Shown in pieces: positions 8,093-17,135 of a stretch of 46,505 bases of DNA. A model generated the notes under the pieces. It ran no database searches, had not been told where the DNA came from, and worked only from the letters and a program-made list of their open reading frames with translations. Each line of letters starts with the position of its first letter. Within the stretch, counting starts at the first letter, position 1. The position numbers and the translations under genes were made by a program. Source of the DNA: a virus (Duplodnaviria; Caudoviricetes); IMG/VR virus record IMGVR_UViG_3300043447_000340, positions 1 through 46,505 of that record; one strand, written 5' to 3'.

Positions 8093-10246
8093 ATGATTTT
8101 GACCAGCGCACCTCAGAACGAAGCTACTCTGTCCAACGTAGGCGAGATTGGCGAGTTTCGCATCCGCAACTCTGCTAAGGCATTCTCTATCCTGTCTAGT
8201 GGCTTGTATGCCAACAAGATTCGTGCCATCATCCGTGAATTGTCCTGTAACGCTATTGACGCACAAGTGGCCGCTGGTACACAAGACAAGCCCTATGAAG
8301 TTCACCTGCCTACAGCACTTGAGCCACACTTCTCTATCCGTGACTATGGCACCGGCCTGAGCCATGAGCAAGTCACGCAAATCTATACTACCTACTTTGA
8401 GTCCACCAAGACCACATCTAACGAGTTCATTGGTGCTCTTGGCCTCGGTAGCAAATCCCCATTCTCATACACCGACAACTTTACCGTGACTGCTATCAAG
8501 GACGGTCGCAAAGGTATCTATACCGCGTTTATCAATGACAGCGGTGTGCCTTCAATCGCCCTTATGTTCGAGGAAGCAACTGACGAAGCCAACGGCGTTG
8601 AAGTCAAGTTTGCCGTGACTGAGCGTTACGACTTCAATAAGTTCCGTGACGAGGCACGTGCCGTTTACAAATACTTTACAGTTCGTCCTACCATCACTGG
8701 CTATCAAGGCTTTGAGTTCGAAGAGCCACAATACGAAACTGAAAACATCATTCCTGGTGTACATCACGGCACAGGCGGCAACCGTAGTTACGCTATCATG
8801 GGCAACATTGCTTATCCCATCGAAGTGCCTAATGCCGATCAACTTGGCGAAGTAGCAGGCTTGCTACAATGTAACTTGGTCATGGAGTTCGCAATCGGTG
8901 AGTTGGACTTCCAAGCATCACGTGAAGGCCTGTCTTACATTCCTCAAACGATTGAATCAATCAAGCGCAAGCTGGAGCAACTCAACGCACACTTGGCAAC
9001 CTTCATTACCGAAGATGCTGACAAAATCGAAAACTTGTGGGAACGTGCCATCTATTTGAGCAAAAAGCGTGACCAGTACCTGTGGAAAGCCGCCGTTGAC
9101 AAATACGTTGCCGACACGGACTTCCCACTGTTCAACAAAGGCACTAACTCACGTTGGGACGCCCTTCATACCTTCAAGTTGAATACTGAGGTCTTGAAAG
9201 AAAAGTACAACATCGTCATTCGTGCGTTCTCTCGCAGTCGCCATGCTCAAGCCTGCTCTAACTACAAAGCAGACGGCGTTCACGACCGCACTACTAATGC
9301 GTATCACACTGAGTGGCGTATCCGTGTTGATTCGGATGTGTTCTTTGTGTTCAACGACACTAAGATCGGTGCCCTTGAGCGCAGTAAGCATCACTGGCGC
9401 AATAAAAAAATCGATAGCGCATACACTGAAAAGGTATATGTTGTCGAAGCATACGACCGCACTAAGCCCGTCAAGAAAACACAATTCTTGGCAAGCATCT
9501 ACAATCCGCCCGCTGACCGTGTATTGTTGGCAAGTTCTTTACAAGATAAAGAGCGCAAGTCAAGCAAGTTGGGTAAGAACGTTACTATCCTTCACCTCGA
9601 AGAACGTAGTCGTGGTTACTACAACCGCAACACTGATACCGTGTGGGCTGATGCTGGCACTGCCGATTCGTTTGACTCGAACAAGACTTATTACTACTTG
9701 CCTCTGAGCGGATATCAGTCACTTGGTGTTGTTCAGGATATCAAGCAACTTCAAATTCACCTGAAGGCTGCCAAAATTCATACTGACAAGGTGTATGGCG
9801 TTCGTAAGGGCGACATGGACTGGGTCAAAGAGCAAACTAACTGGGTCAACTTGGACACTTTCGTAGTTGCCGAATTGAACAAGTTGGGAACTAAGAGCGT
9901 GATGGAAATGGTCAAACAAAGTATTGACTTTAACTCATACTTCACGTATACTAGTATCATTACTGACCTGAACGTTGATAGTCCTTATGCTACCATGTAT
10001 CGTGAGTTCCATGGTGTGAAAGACATTGACGCTTCAGTTCAAAGTAGTTTGGAATACTTGTGCCGCGAATACAAAGTAAGTACCTCAACAAATGTTGAGC
10101 CTACCGCTGAAATCGCTAAGTACAAGGATCAACTGAAGGCTGTGAAGTCTCGCTACCCTCTACTGGGTGCTATCAGTAAGTGGAGTGCCTCTGATGAAGC
10201 AGTGGCCGAGTATATCAACGCAATCGATCAAGTAAAAGGAATTTAA
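8093..10246 (+). CDS. rIIA: rIIA-like protein (GHKL ATPase N-terminus)
   Basis: LSSGLYANKIRAIIRELSCNAIDA, RDYGTG, STK, GALGLGSKSPFSY; adjacent to rIIB. Confidence 0.9.
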   Translation: MILTSAPQNEATLSNVGEIGEFRIRNSAKAFSILSSGLYANKIRAIIRELSCNAIDAQVAAGTQDKPYEVHLPTALEPHFSIRDYGTGLSHEQVTQIYTTYFESTKTTSNEFIGALGLGSKSPFSYTDNFTVTAIKDGRKGIYTAFINDSGVPSIALMFEEATDEANGVEVKFAVTERYDFNKFRDEARAVYKYFTVRPTITGYQGFEFEEPQYETENIIPGVHHGTGGNRSYAIMGNIAYPIEVPNADQLGEVAGLLQCNLVMEFAIGELDFQASREGLSYIPQTIESIKRKLEQLNAHLATFITEDADKIENLWERAIYLSKKRDQYLWKAAVDKYVADTDFPLFNKGTNSRWDALHTFKLNTEVLKEKYNIVIRAFSRSRHAQACSNYKADGVHDRTTNAYHTEWRIRVDSDVFFVFNDTKIGALERSKHHWRNKKIDSAYTEKVYVVEAYDRTKPVKKTQFLASIYNPPADRVLLASSLQDKERKSSKLGKNVTILHLEERSRGYYNRNTDTVWADAGTADSFDSNKTYYYLPLSGYQSLGVVQDIKQLQIHLKAAKIHTDKVYGVRKGDMDWVKEQTNWVNLDTFVVAELNKLGTKSVMEMVKQSIDFNSYFTYTSIITDLNVDSPYATMYREFHGVKDIDASVQSSLEYLCREYKVSTSTNVEPTAEIAKYKDQLKAVKSRYPLLGAISKWSASDEAVAEYINAIDQVKGI

Positions 10247-10247
10247 A

Positions 10248-11102
10248 ATGAGCTATCCGTTTCTGATTCAAGGTAACAACATTACCGTAATCATCGGCAA
10301 TCAGCCGCACACTATCGCTAAGACACACATCACCTATGAGCGTGTCAAAGAGGCTATCAAAGCCGGTGACTGGGAAACAGTCAAAGATATCATCGAACCT
10401 AAAAAGATGGTATTGAACTATGGTAAGGGTCATGTCGCTATCAAGGGTGAAACACTCTACTGGAAAGACAAAGAACTTCATAATTCATTGGCTACTCGTA
10501 TGATTGCCATGCTACAAGAGGGTTTCCCTATTGAGCCAATGGTAGCGTTTATGGAAAACTTGATGGCTAACCCCTCTCGTCAAGCTGTGAACGAATTGTA
10601 CGGCTTCCTCGAAAAGAACAACTTGCCGATCACACCCGATGGCCACTTCCTAGCATACAAGCGAGTTCGTGAGGACTACCTTGATTGTCACAGTGGCACT
10701 ATGGATAATAGTGTTGGTAAGATTGTAGAGATGGAGCGTAACGAAGTTGACGACAACCGCAACAACACTTGTTCGGCAGGTCTACACTTCTGCTCACACT
10801 CTTACCTGAGTCACTTCGGTGGTGCTCGTACCGTGATTGTGAAAATCAACCCACGTGACGTAGTATCTATCCCTAGCGATTACAACGATGCTAAGGGTCG
10901 TGCTTGCCGCTATGAAGTTATCGGCGAAGTTGGCGTCAATCCAGAAGACGAGGTTGAGTTCACTCAGCCAGTTCAGGACAATGCTACCAGCGCACAGGCA
11001 GTCAACCCAACGACTACTTTCCCTGGCTACGGTGCTGTACCGCCAACGCTGACGCAAGTAGCGCCACAGGTCAACTGGCCACAGGCTCCAACCCAGCCGT
11101 AA
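10248..11102 (+). CDS. rIIB: rIIB-like protein
   Basis: NPS...ELYGFL, ITPDGHFLAYKRV, TCSAGLHFCS, VVSIPSDYN..KGRACRYEV. Confidence 0.9.
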   Translation: MSYPFLIQGNNITVIIGNQPHTIAKTHITYERVKEAIKAGDWETVKDIIEPKKMVLNYGKGHVAIKGETLYWKDKELHNSLATRMIAMLQEGFPIEPMVAFMENLMANPSRQAVNELYGFLEKNNLPITPDGHFLAYKRVREDYLDCHSGTMDNSVGKIVEMERNEVDDNRNNTCSAGLHFCSHSYLSHFGGARTVIVKINPRDVVSIPSDYNDAKGRACRYEVIGEVGVNPEDEVEFTQPVQDNATSAQAVNPTTTFPGYGAVPPTLTQVAPQVNWPQAPTQP

Positions 11103-11129
11103 AAAATACCACCTTCGGGTGGTATTTTT
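11102..11129 (+). terminator. Rho-independent terminator
   Basis: AAAAATACCACC-TTCG-GGTGGTATTTTT. Confidence 0.9.
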
Positions 11130-11139
11130 CCAATTTCTA

Positions 11140-11167
11140 TTGACAAAAATTCAGAACCTGATACAAT
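11140..11167 (+). promoter_or_regulatory. sigma70-type promoter of nadM operon
   Basis: TTGACA-16bp-TACAAT with TG extension; late-type GATAAATA follows at 11171. Confidence 0.7.
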
Positions 11168-11188
11168 AGAGATAAATAAACGTAGAGA

Positions 11189-11233
11189 AGCGATAGACGC
11201 TGATCCGACAACTATCTTAAGGAGTTTAAGATG
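11189..11233 (+). promoter_or_regulatory. Structured 5' leader of nadM-Nudix (candidate cis-regulatory RNA)
   Basis: AGCG-ATAGA-CGCT hairpin; ATCTTAA-GGAGT-TTAAGAT hairpin covering RBS and start codon. Confidence 0.6.
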
Positions 11234-12250
11234 TCAAAACCATATGATACACTGGTCCTTATTGGACGCTTTCAACCATTCCACAATGCTCACTTAGAGA
11301 TTGTAAAACGTGCTACCGCACTTTGCCAAAAATTAGTTATTGTCGTTGGCAGTGCTAATCAACCACGCACATATAAAAACCCGTTCACATTCGAGGAACG
11401 TGCTCAGATGATCCGATACGCTACTTTGGGCCTGAGTATTCAAATCAGTATCGAGCCTAACATTGATACTATCTATAACGACCAAGCATGGGCAGTCCGT
11501 GTCCAACAAGCGGTCGCTAAGCACACTACTGCTGGCGATAAGGTCGGCATCATTGGCCACAAAAAAGATGACTCATCATTCTACCTTGATATGTTCCCAC
11601 AGTGGGGCTATGAAGATGTAGAGTTGGTCGAATTCTTGAGCGCCGTCAACATTCGTGACCTCTACTTCAAAGAGGACCTCAACTTCAACTTCCTCAAGAG
11701 TGTAGTGCCTGCCAGTACTATGGCATTCCTACAGGACTTTAACCTCCGTGAAGAGTGGGCACAGATTATCCGTGAGCGTAAGTTCGTTGAGAACTATCGT
11801 AAGCAATACGCTGGCTTGCCTTACCCACCAATCTTCTCTACTGCTGATGCTGTTGTTATTCAAGGCGGCAACGTACTGATGATTAAACGCCGTGCTGAAC
11901 CTGGTAGAGGATTGTGGGCACTGCCTGGTGGTTACGTCAACGCTAACACAGACAAGTCGGTAGAAGATGCCGCTATCCGTGAGTTGCGTGAAGAGACTAT
12001 GATTAAAGTGCCAGCACCTGTTCTACGTGGTAGTATCAAAGCAAGTCGTGTGTTCGATGCTATCGACCGCTCACCACGTGGTCGCATTATTACTCACGCT
12101 TTCAAGATTGTCTTGCCCGATGGCGAGTTGCCTCGTGTCAAGGGTAGTGATGACGCTGAGAAGGCACGTTGGGTGCCCATCGCTGAAGTTCGTAGTGAAG
12201 AATGTTTTGAAGACCACTATGAAATTCTAATGTGGGCAATCGGAGGTTAA
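11231..12250 (+). CDS. nadM: Bifunctional NMN adenylyltransferase / Nudix ADP-ribose pyrophosphatase
   Basis: IGRFQPFHNAH (HxGH-like), KNPFT; Nudix box GG...EDAAIRELREET; GSDDAEKARW, FEDH. Confidence 0.95.
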   Translation: MSKPYDTLVLIGRFQPFHNAHLEIVKRATALCQKLVIVVGSANQPRTYKNPFTFEERAQMIRYATLGLSIQISIEPNIDTIYNDQAWAVRVQQAVAKHTTAGDKVGIIGHKKDDSSFYLDMFPQWGYEDVELVEFLSAVNIRDLYFKEDLNFNFLKSVVPASTMAFLQDFNLREEWAQIIRERKFVENYRKQYAGLPYPPIFSTADAVVIQGGNVLMIKRRAEPGRGLWALPGGYVNANTDKSVEDAAIRELREETMIKVPAPVLRGSIKASRVFDAIDRSPRGRIITHAFKIVLPDGELPRVKGSDDAEKARWVPIAEVRSEECFEDHYEILMWAIGG

Positions 12251-12251
12251 T

Positions 12252-12719
12252 ATGCTGAAACACACAAAAGGTAATTTGATTGACTTAGCAGAGCAAGGCG
12301 CATTTGACGTAATCGTTCAAGGCTGTAACTGTTACAATACAATGGGTAGCGGTATCGCTCGTGAGATCCGCGAACGCTATCCACAAGCATACGAAGTAGA
12401 TTGTCAAACTGAGAAGGGTGACATTATGAAGTTAGGCAACTGGACAGCATATGACACGGGCACTTTCAGAATCATCAACGCTTACACACAATACGGCTTC
12501 AATGCCGGTGGTAATAACGCTGATGTATTTGAGTACCTTAGCTTTCAGTTGATTCTTCAAAAACTTATGGAGAAGTACGGCAAACAGGATATCGGGTTTC
12601 CCTACATTGGCATGGGTCTAGCCGGTGGTGATAAAGTACGAATCATGGCAATGATAGAAGACTTTGCGGATCACGTGACAGCCCGTGGCGGTAGTGTTAC
12701 CCTAGTAGAATTTGGATGA
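12252..12719 (+). CDS. Macrodomain (ADP-ribose processing) protein
   Basis: KGNL...IVQGCNC..TMGSGIA, INAYTQ, FPYIGMGLAGGD. Confidence 0.9.
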   Translation: MLKHTKGNLIDLAEQGAFDVIVQGCNCYNTMGSGIAREIRERYPQAYEVDCQTEKGDIMKLGNWTAYDTGTFRIINAYTQYGFNAGGNNADVFEYLSFQLILQKLMEKYGKQDIGFPYIGMGLAGGDKVRIMAMIEDFADHVTARGGSVTLVEFG

Positions 12720-12736
12720 AAGTCCATCAAAAACAG

Positions 12737-12765
12737 TTGACAATAACATGGGGTTGTTGTATACT
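12737..12765 (+). promoter_or_regulatory. sigma70-type promoter of NAMPT
   Basis: TTGACA-17bp-TATACT. Confidence 0.8.
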
Positions 12766-12775
12766 GTAACTAAGT

Positions 12776-12822
12776 CCTCGTGATAGACATGAGGCATAAC
12801 AAGCGATAAGGAGCTTATCATG
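12776..12822 (+). promoter_or_regulatory. Structured 5' leader of NAMPT (candidate cis-regulatory RNA)
   Basis: CCTCGTG-ATAGA-CATGAGG hairpin with one G-U pair; GATAAG-GAG-CTTATC hairpin covering RBS. Confidence 0.6.
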
Positions 12823-14253
12823 AAATTAGCAAAAAACATCTTACTTAACACTGATAGTTACAAAGTCAGTATGTTCAAACAATACCCTGCTGGTACTACT
12901 GGCGTGTATTCGTATATTGAATCTCGTGGCGGTCGATACGATCAAACTGTATTCTTCGGTCTACAAGCCTTCATTAAGGAATATTTACTTGAGCCAATCA
13001 CACAAGCCGATATTGATATTGCGGACACAATTCTCACTGCTCACGGCGAACCCTTCAACAGAGTGGGATGGGAGTACATTCTACAAGCACACGGTGGTTA
13101 CCTCCCTGTCGTTATACGTGCTGTGCCTGAAGGCACAGTGGTACCTGTTAAAAACGTTCTGGCAACTATTGAGAACACAGACCCTAAGTGCTACTGGCTT
13201 ACCACTTACTTGGAAACTGCTCTACTACGTGCCGTCTGGTACCCAACTACTGTTGCTACTCAGTCTTGGACCATTCGCAAAATAATTCTTGACTACTTGG
13301 AGAAAACTGGTGATCCTACTCTTATTGATTTTAAGTTGCACGATTTTGGTGCTCGAGGTGTATCTAGTCTTGAATCTGCCGGTATTGGTGGAGCGGCACA
13401 CCTTGTCAACTTTATGGGCACTGATACAATTTCTGGGCTACTGTACGCTCGTGAGTTTTATAACGCTGGTGTTGCTGGTTTCAGTATCCCTGCCGCAGAA
13501 CACTCAACAATTACCAGTTGGGGCCGTGATGGTGAAGTAGATGCTTACAGAAATATGCTTACCCAATTTGCAAAGCCTGGGGCTATTGTGGCTGTCGTAT
13601 CTGATAGTTATGACATCTATAATGCCGCTAGTAAACTTTGGGGAGAAGAGCTTCGTCAACAAGTTGTTGATAGCGGTGCCACTGTTGTTATTCGCCCTGA
13701 CAGCGGTGACCCTGTTGAAGTTAACCGCAAGTTGATTGAAATCTTAGGAGAGAGATTCGGCTACACTACCAACAGTAAAGGATTCAAAGTCCTCAATAAT
13801 GTTCGACTTATCCAGGGTGATGGTGTTAACGAGCTTACTATTCGTAGCATACTCGGAGCACTCATGGCTATGGGATGGAGTGCTGATAACATCGCTTTCG
13901 GTATGGGTGGTGCTCTACTTCAACAGGTCGATCGGGATACTCAAAAGTTCGCAATGAAGTGTTCAGCAATGAGTCGTGATATCTGGGTAGAAGATGGTGA
14001 CTTGGGTAGTGGTTGGAAGACTGAATGGTTTGACGTTCAGAAAGATCCTGTCACTGACCCTGGCAAGAAGTCTAAAGCAGGTCGTGTTGTTCTATGGGAA
14101 TCTGGCGGCGAGTATCGCTCAGGCGTCGAACAACCTAAGGGCTGGACTGATCGTGGTATGCGTTGGGATGAAGTTCTCGAAACTGTTTACTGTGACGGAG
14201 AACTACTCAACGAAATTACCTTCGATGAGGTTCGTGCTAACGCCAAAAAGTAA
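12820..14253 (+). CDS. nadV: Nicotinamide phosphoribosyltransferase (NAMPT)
   Basis: TDSYK, LHDFGARG, IPAAEHS, VSDSYD, IRPDSGDP, IQGDG, AFGMGGALLQ, KKSKAG. Confidence 0.95.
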   Translation: MKLAKNILLNTDSYKVSMFKQYPAGTTGVYSYIESRGGRYDQTVFFGLQAFIKEYLLEPITQADIDIADTILTAHGEPFNRVGWEYILQAHGGYLPVVIRAVPEGTVVPVKNVLATIENTDPKCYWLTTYLETALLRAVWYPTTVATQSWTIRKIILDYLEKTGDPTLIDFKLHDFGARGVSSLESAGIGGAAHLVNFMGTDTISGLLYAREFYNAGVAGFSIPAAEHSTITSWGRDGEVDAYRNMLTQFAKPGAIVAVVSDSYDIYNAASKLWGEELRQQVVDSGATVVIRPDSGDPVEVNRKLIEILGERFGYTTNSKGFKVLNNVRLIQGDGVNELTIRSILGALMAMGWSADNIAFGMGGALLQQVDRDTQKFAMKCSAMSRDIWVEDGDLGSGWKTEWFDVQKDPVTDPGKKSKAGRVVLWESGGEYRSGVEQPKGWTDRGMRWDEVLETVYCDGELLNEITFDEVRANAKK

Positions 14254-14277
14254 AAAGAGGGCTTCGGCCCTCTTTTT
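14252..14277 (+). terminator. Rho-independent terminator
   Basis: AAAAAGAGGGC-TTCG-GCCCTCTTTTT. Confidence 0.9.
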
Positions 14278-14290
14278 ACTAAATAACAGC

Positions 14291-14959
14291 ATGAATACTG
14301 ACGACTTTGTACTAGACCTTCCTGAACTAAATTATGACCGCTCTAAGATGGAAGAGCTATTCGAGCAACTAAAGCCAAACTTTAGAATTAAAGGTCTTCC
14401 TTGGTGGGGTGACGTTGAGAAAAAAGAATATGATATCAATGATATCAACAAGTACAAAGGTGTAGTTGTTCAATACGGCGAACATATGATGATTGATCCA
14501 ACAAAAAGTCATCTAAGCGTCAATCTACTAGACTTTAAAATTGTAAGAGATATTGCGGAACGCCTAAACTTAGACGAACCTATAAATCCATACAGTGTTG
14601 ACATAAATTGGTATAGGGTAACAGATTTTTATTTTGAGCCTCATGTTGATTACTATGCTAGTTCAACCATGATTTTTCCAATCATACCTGAACAGGATTT
14701 TCAGCCTATTGATTTTTATGATCGCTCTAAAGTAGATTATGTTGAGGGCGAGACACATAGTTTCGAGGACATTCTCAAAGATGAGGACATACTTCACACT
14801 CATTACTATGGTTCAAACTATGGCACAATTTTCAACAGTCATTGGCCGCATGGTATCAGACCACTATCAAGAGCAAACAGAGCCGCACTACGCTTTAGAA
14901 CTAAAGAAAAATTTAGTTCAATCATGTCAAAATACAAGAATGGTACTCTATTAAAGTAA
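14291..14959 (+). CDS. Putative 2OG-Fe(II) oxygenase-like protein
   Basis: PHVD...FNSHWPHGI...RAAL (HxD...H...R); start placed after terminator and CTAAATA. Confidence 0.6.
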   Translation: MNTDDFVLDLPELNYDRSKMEELFEQLKPNFRIKGLPWWGDVEKKEYDINDINKYKGVVVQYGEHMMIDPTKSHLSVNLLDFKIVRDIAERLNLDEPINPYSVDINWYRVTDFYFEPHVDYYASSTMIFPIIPEQDFQPIDFYDRSKVDYVEGETHSFEDILKDEDILHTHYYGSNYGTIFNSHWPHGIRPLSRANRAALRFRTKEKFSSIMSKYKNGTLLK

Positions 14960-14987
14960 ATTTGGATAAACGATACAGTGGCTTCTA

Positions 14988-15016
14988 TTGACAGGATTCT
15001 CTTTTACTATTACAAT
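14988..15016 (+). promoter_or_regulatory. sigma70-type promoter
   Basis: TTGACA-17bp-TACAAT. Confidence 0.8.
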
Positions 15017-15021
15017 AAGCC

Positions 15022-15390
15022 ATGACTACTCAATTACTATTGCTGATTCTATTCTCAGTAAAACACTTTATCGTAGACTTCCTGCTACAGAAACCATATC
15101 AATGGATGAACAAGGGAACCTACGGACATCCTGGCGGCATCTTACACAGTGGCTTACACGGTATTGCTACTCTTGCCATACTATTCTTCTTTGTTGATCC
15201 TACTACTGCTATTGTGTGTGGCTTGATCGATTCGGTTGTTCACTATCATATTGACTGGGCAAAGATGAATCTCAATAGTCGTATGGGATGGACTGCTACA
15301 ACACACGAAGAGTTTTGGTTCTTGTTGGGTCTAGACCAATTATTACACAGCCTTACTTACGTATTCATTATCTGGAGTATCAATGTCTAA
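15022..15390 (+). CDS. DUF3307-like membrane protein
   Basis: KHFIVDFLLQ, HSGLHG, HYHIDWAK, GLDQLLH. Confidence 0.8.
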   Translation: MTTQLLLLILFSVKHFIVDFLLQKPYQWMNKGTYGHPGGILHSGLHGIATLAILFFFVDPTTAIVCGLIDSVVHYHIDWAKMNLNSRMGWTATTHEEFWFLLGLDQLLHSLTYVFIIWSINV

Positions 15391-15583
15391 AATGAAGCAA
15401 CCCTATTTTGATATTGCCTTACAAGTAGGCGGTTCACACTACCCTGAAGTGGGAGGTGACTTATTACAGAAGTTTGGCGATACAGTTGCTAAAGAGTGTG
15501 CCAAGATTGCTAGAGAGAATAGCGATATGACTACTGCTAAAGCAATCGAACTACGTTTTGGAATTATAAGAGATGGCGTATAA
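15383..15583 (+). CDS. Small phage protein, distant member of the KFAELI..ECA..FG family
   Basis: QKFGDTVAKECAKIA...IELRFG; overlaps neighbours. Confidence 0.65.
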   Translation: MSKMKQPYFDIALQVGGSHYPEVGGDLLQKFGDTVAKECAKIARENSDMTTAKAIELRFGIIRDGV

Positions 15584-15800
15584 CTTTGAACTATCAATCA
15601 CATCAACAGTTACCGGTAAAGTAGCCGAAGACATTGTGCGCACAGTTGTAGAACAGCAAACTGGTCGTAAGATTCAATCTATCGAAGCAAGACTATCAAA
15701 TGGCTCATTTGATGGTTATATAATCAACTTTGTGCCAGAGAAAACATCTGGTAAGCCAAAGTCAACCAAACCTGATTTTGTAGAGGACACCTATGAGTAA
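15573..15800 (+). CDS. Hypothetical protein
   Basis: Tightly packed operonic ORF. Confidence 0.65.
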   Translation: MAYNFELSITSTVTGKVAEDIVRTVVEQQTGRKIQSIEARLSNGSFDGYIINFVPEKTSGKPKSTKPDFVEDTYE

Positions 15801-16095
15801 CGATACCGCTAAATTCCTAAACAGTCGCCGCCGTCATAAGACTGACGTTGCGATTGCCCGTCAAGTAAAGATTGCTAAGTCGCATCATACTCATGACCAC
15901 AGAATTGACCGTCAGCCGCACAGACTAGCGAAACATCATGCTATGGACTGCGGCAATCCTGGTTGCTACTTGTGTGGCAACCCACGCAAGACACACGGTA
16001 AAGATCGCCTTACCGTACAAGAGAAACGCTTTTTCCAAGACTTGGAATCCAAGCGTGATCGCCACAGTAATGGACTACCTGGAGAAACAGAGTGA
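15793..16095 (+). CDS. Basic hypothetical protein with CGNPGCYLCGNPR motif
   Basis: His/Cys cluster, GAGGA RBS. Confidence 0.75.
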   Translation: MSNDTAKFLNSRRRHKTDVAIARQVKIAKSHHTHDHRIDRQPHRLAKHHAMDCGNPGCYLCGNPRKTHGKDRLTVQEKRFFQDLESKRDRHSNGLPGETE

Positions 16096-16337
16096 TTGAA
16101 CTAACTGGCTTAACTGCGAGGCAAGTGGAAATCTTGGATATTCTTTGGGCGACTGATAGTGTGGAAGAGGTTCTGGAGTTTATTGATTCCCTTACCGAAC
16201 GAGAACAGTTGGAATGTCGCTCTTTGGCCACGTTGATTATCTTAGAAATCTTGGATTCTTCTTTGAATCTGATGAAATCTTATAGGGAAGCAAATATCGT
16301 AATAAATAAGGTAAAGGACAAATTAAATGATATTTGA
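16092..16337 (+). CDS. Hypothetical protein
   Basis: GTGA overlap, GGAG RBS. Confidence 0.65.
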   Translation: MIELTGLTARQVEILDILWATDSVEEVLEFIDSLTEREQLECRSLATLIILEILDSSLNLMKSYREANIVINKVKDKLNDI

Positions 16338-16641
16338 GTGGACATATGTAGAAGTCATACCTAATAAAAACAGTAGGTTTTATGACTTTGATGGAGAACT
16401 GCGTGAATATATAATTAACACTTATAGACAAGGCATCGATGATTTTAGTGGAAGGGCATTCGAGAATTGGGAATATAGCGATGATGGCCTGACTAGACGA
16501 GGAGTTGTCAGATGGACAAACCTAGAACTGGCAGATCAATTTGAGGCAGATCCAAAATTAATTGAGGCTGGAAACAAAAAACAGCAATGGTGTGAAGAAA
16601 ATGATATCCAACGCTATAGAGAAGTCAAATTTGTGGATTAA
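16327..16641 (+). CDS. Hypothetical protein, paralog of downstream gene
   Basis: SDDGLTR...FEADP...WCEENDI; AAGGA RBS. Confidence 0.7.
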   Translation: MIFEWTYVEVIPNKNSRFYDFDGELREYIINTYRQGIDDFSGRAFENWEYSDDGLTRRGVVRWTNLELADQFEADPKLIEAGNKKQQWCEENDIQRYREVKFVD

Positions 16642-16670
16642 TGATAAATATAGTATATAGGAGAATAACC

Positions 16671-17057
16671 ATGTCATTAGAACTTACCTTCATTGAAAGA
16701 AAATCAGATAACAGTGTTCCATTTTTTGAGCACAGTGCGGATCTTAACAATCATCTTAACTCAACTCATGCTAAAAACTTAGTTTCTGGCAGTTTTACTC
16801 CAGTCGTATCGGAGAATGGATTAGTTAGAATAGTAAAAGCAGTGTTTAATACACGAGAAAACGCAATAGCATTTGATACTGATAGCGTGTTAAAGGAAGC
16901 GGCCAAAAAGAGTCAAGAATATAATAAAGCACATGGAATTACTTCAGTTGCTACTTTATTGCCAACTCCTGGTTCTGAATCTTTGAGACCAGTTGAACAG
17001 CCGCAACAATCGAACCAATCTCAACCAGAAGAACAACCTGGTAGAGTAGTAATCTAA
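16671..17057 (+). CDS. Hypothetical protein, paralog of upstream gene
   Basis: SENGLVR...FDTDS...YNKAHGI; late motif and AGGAG RBS before ATG 16671. Confidence 0.7.
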   Translation: MSLELTFIERKSDNSVPFFEHSADLNNHLNSTHAKNLVSGSFTPVVSENGLVRIVKAVFNTRENAIAFDTDSVLKEAAKKSQEYNKAHGITSVATLLPTPGSESLRPVEQPQQSNQSQPEEQPGRVVI

Positions 17058-17073
17058 ATTATTCCAAAATCAC

Positions 17074-17135
17074 TTGACGTAAACCTACCCAAGTGATACA
17101 ATAGACCCTAAGTTAATAACTCTAGGGTCTTTTTT
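17074..17135 (+). promoter_or_regulatory. sigma70-type promoter overlapped by terminator hairpin
   Basis: TTGACG-17bp-TACAAT (17074-17102); AGACCCTA...TAGGGTCT plus T5 (17103-17135). Confidence 0.65.

Noticed and set aside
11189-12794. NrtR DNA operator as the explanation of the GATAGAC motif
   Set aside because: The arms differ between copies and include a G-U pair while the loop is conserved, which fits RNA structure better; no nrtR gene in the window. Not fully excluded.
13994-14290. Long N-terminal extension or frameshift fusion of the oxygenase-like ORF with NAMPT
   Set aside because: A strong terminator and a late-type motif lie between them; ATG 14291 is the better start. Similar start corrections were made at 953, 2449, 3518, 5847, 24556, 26276 and 35610.
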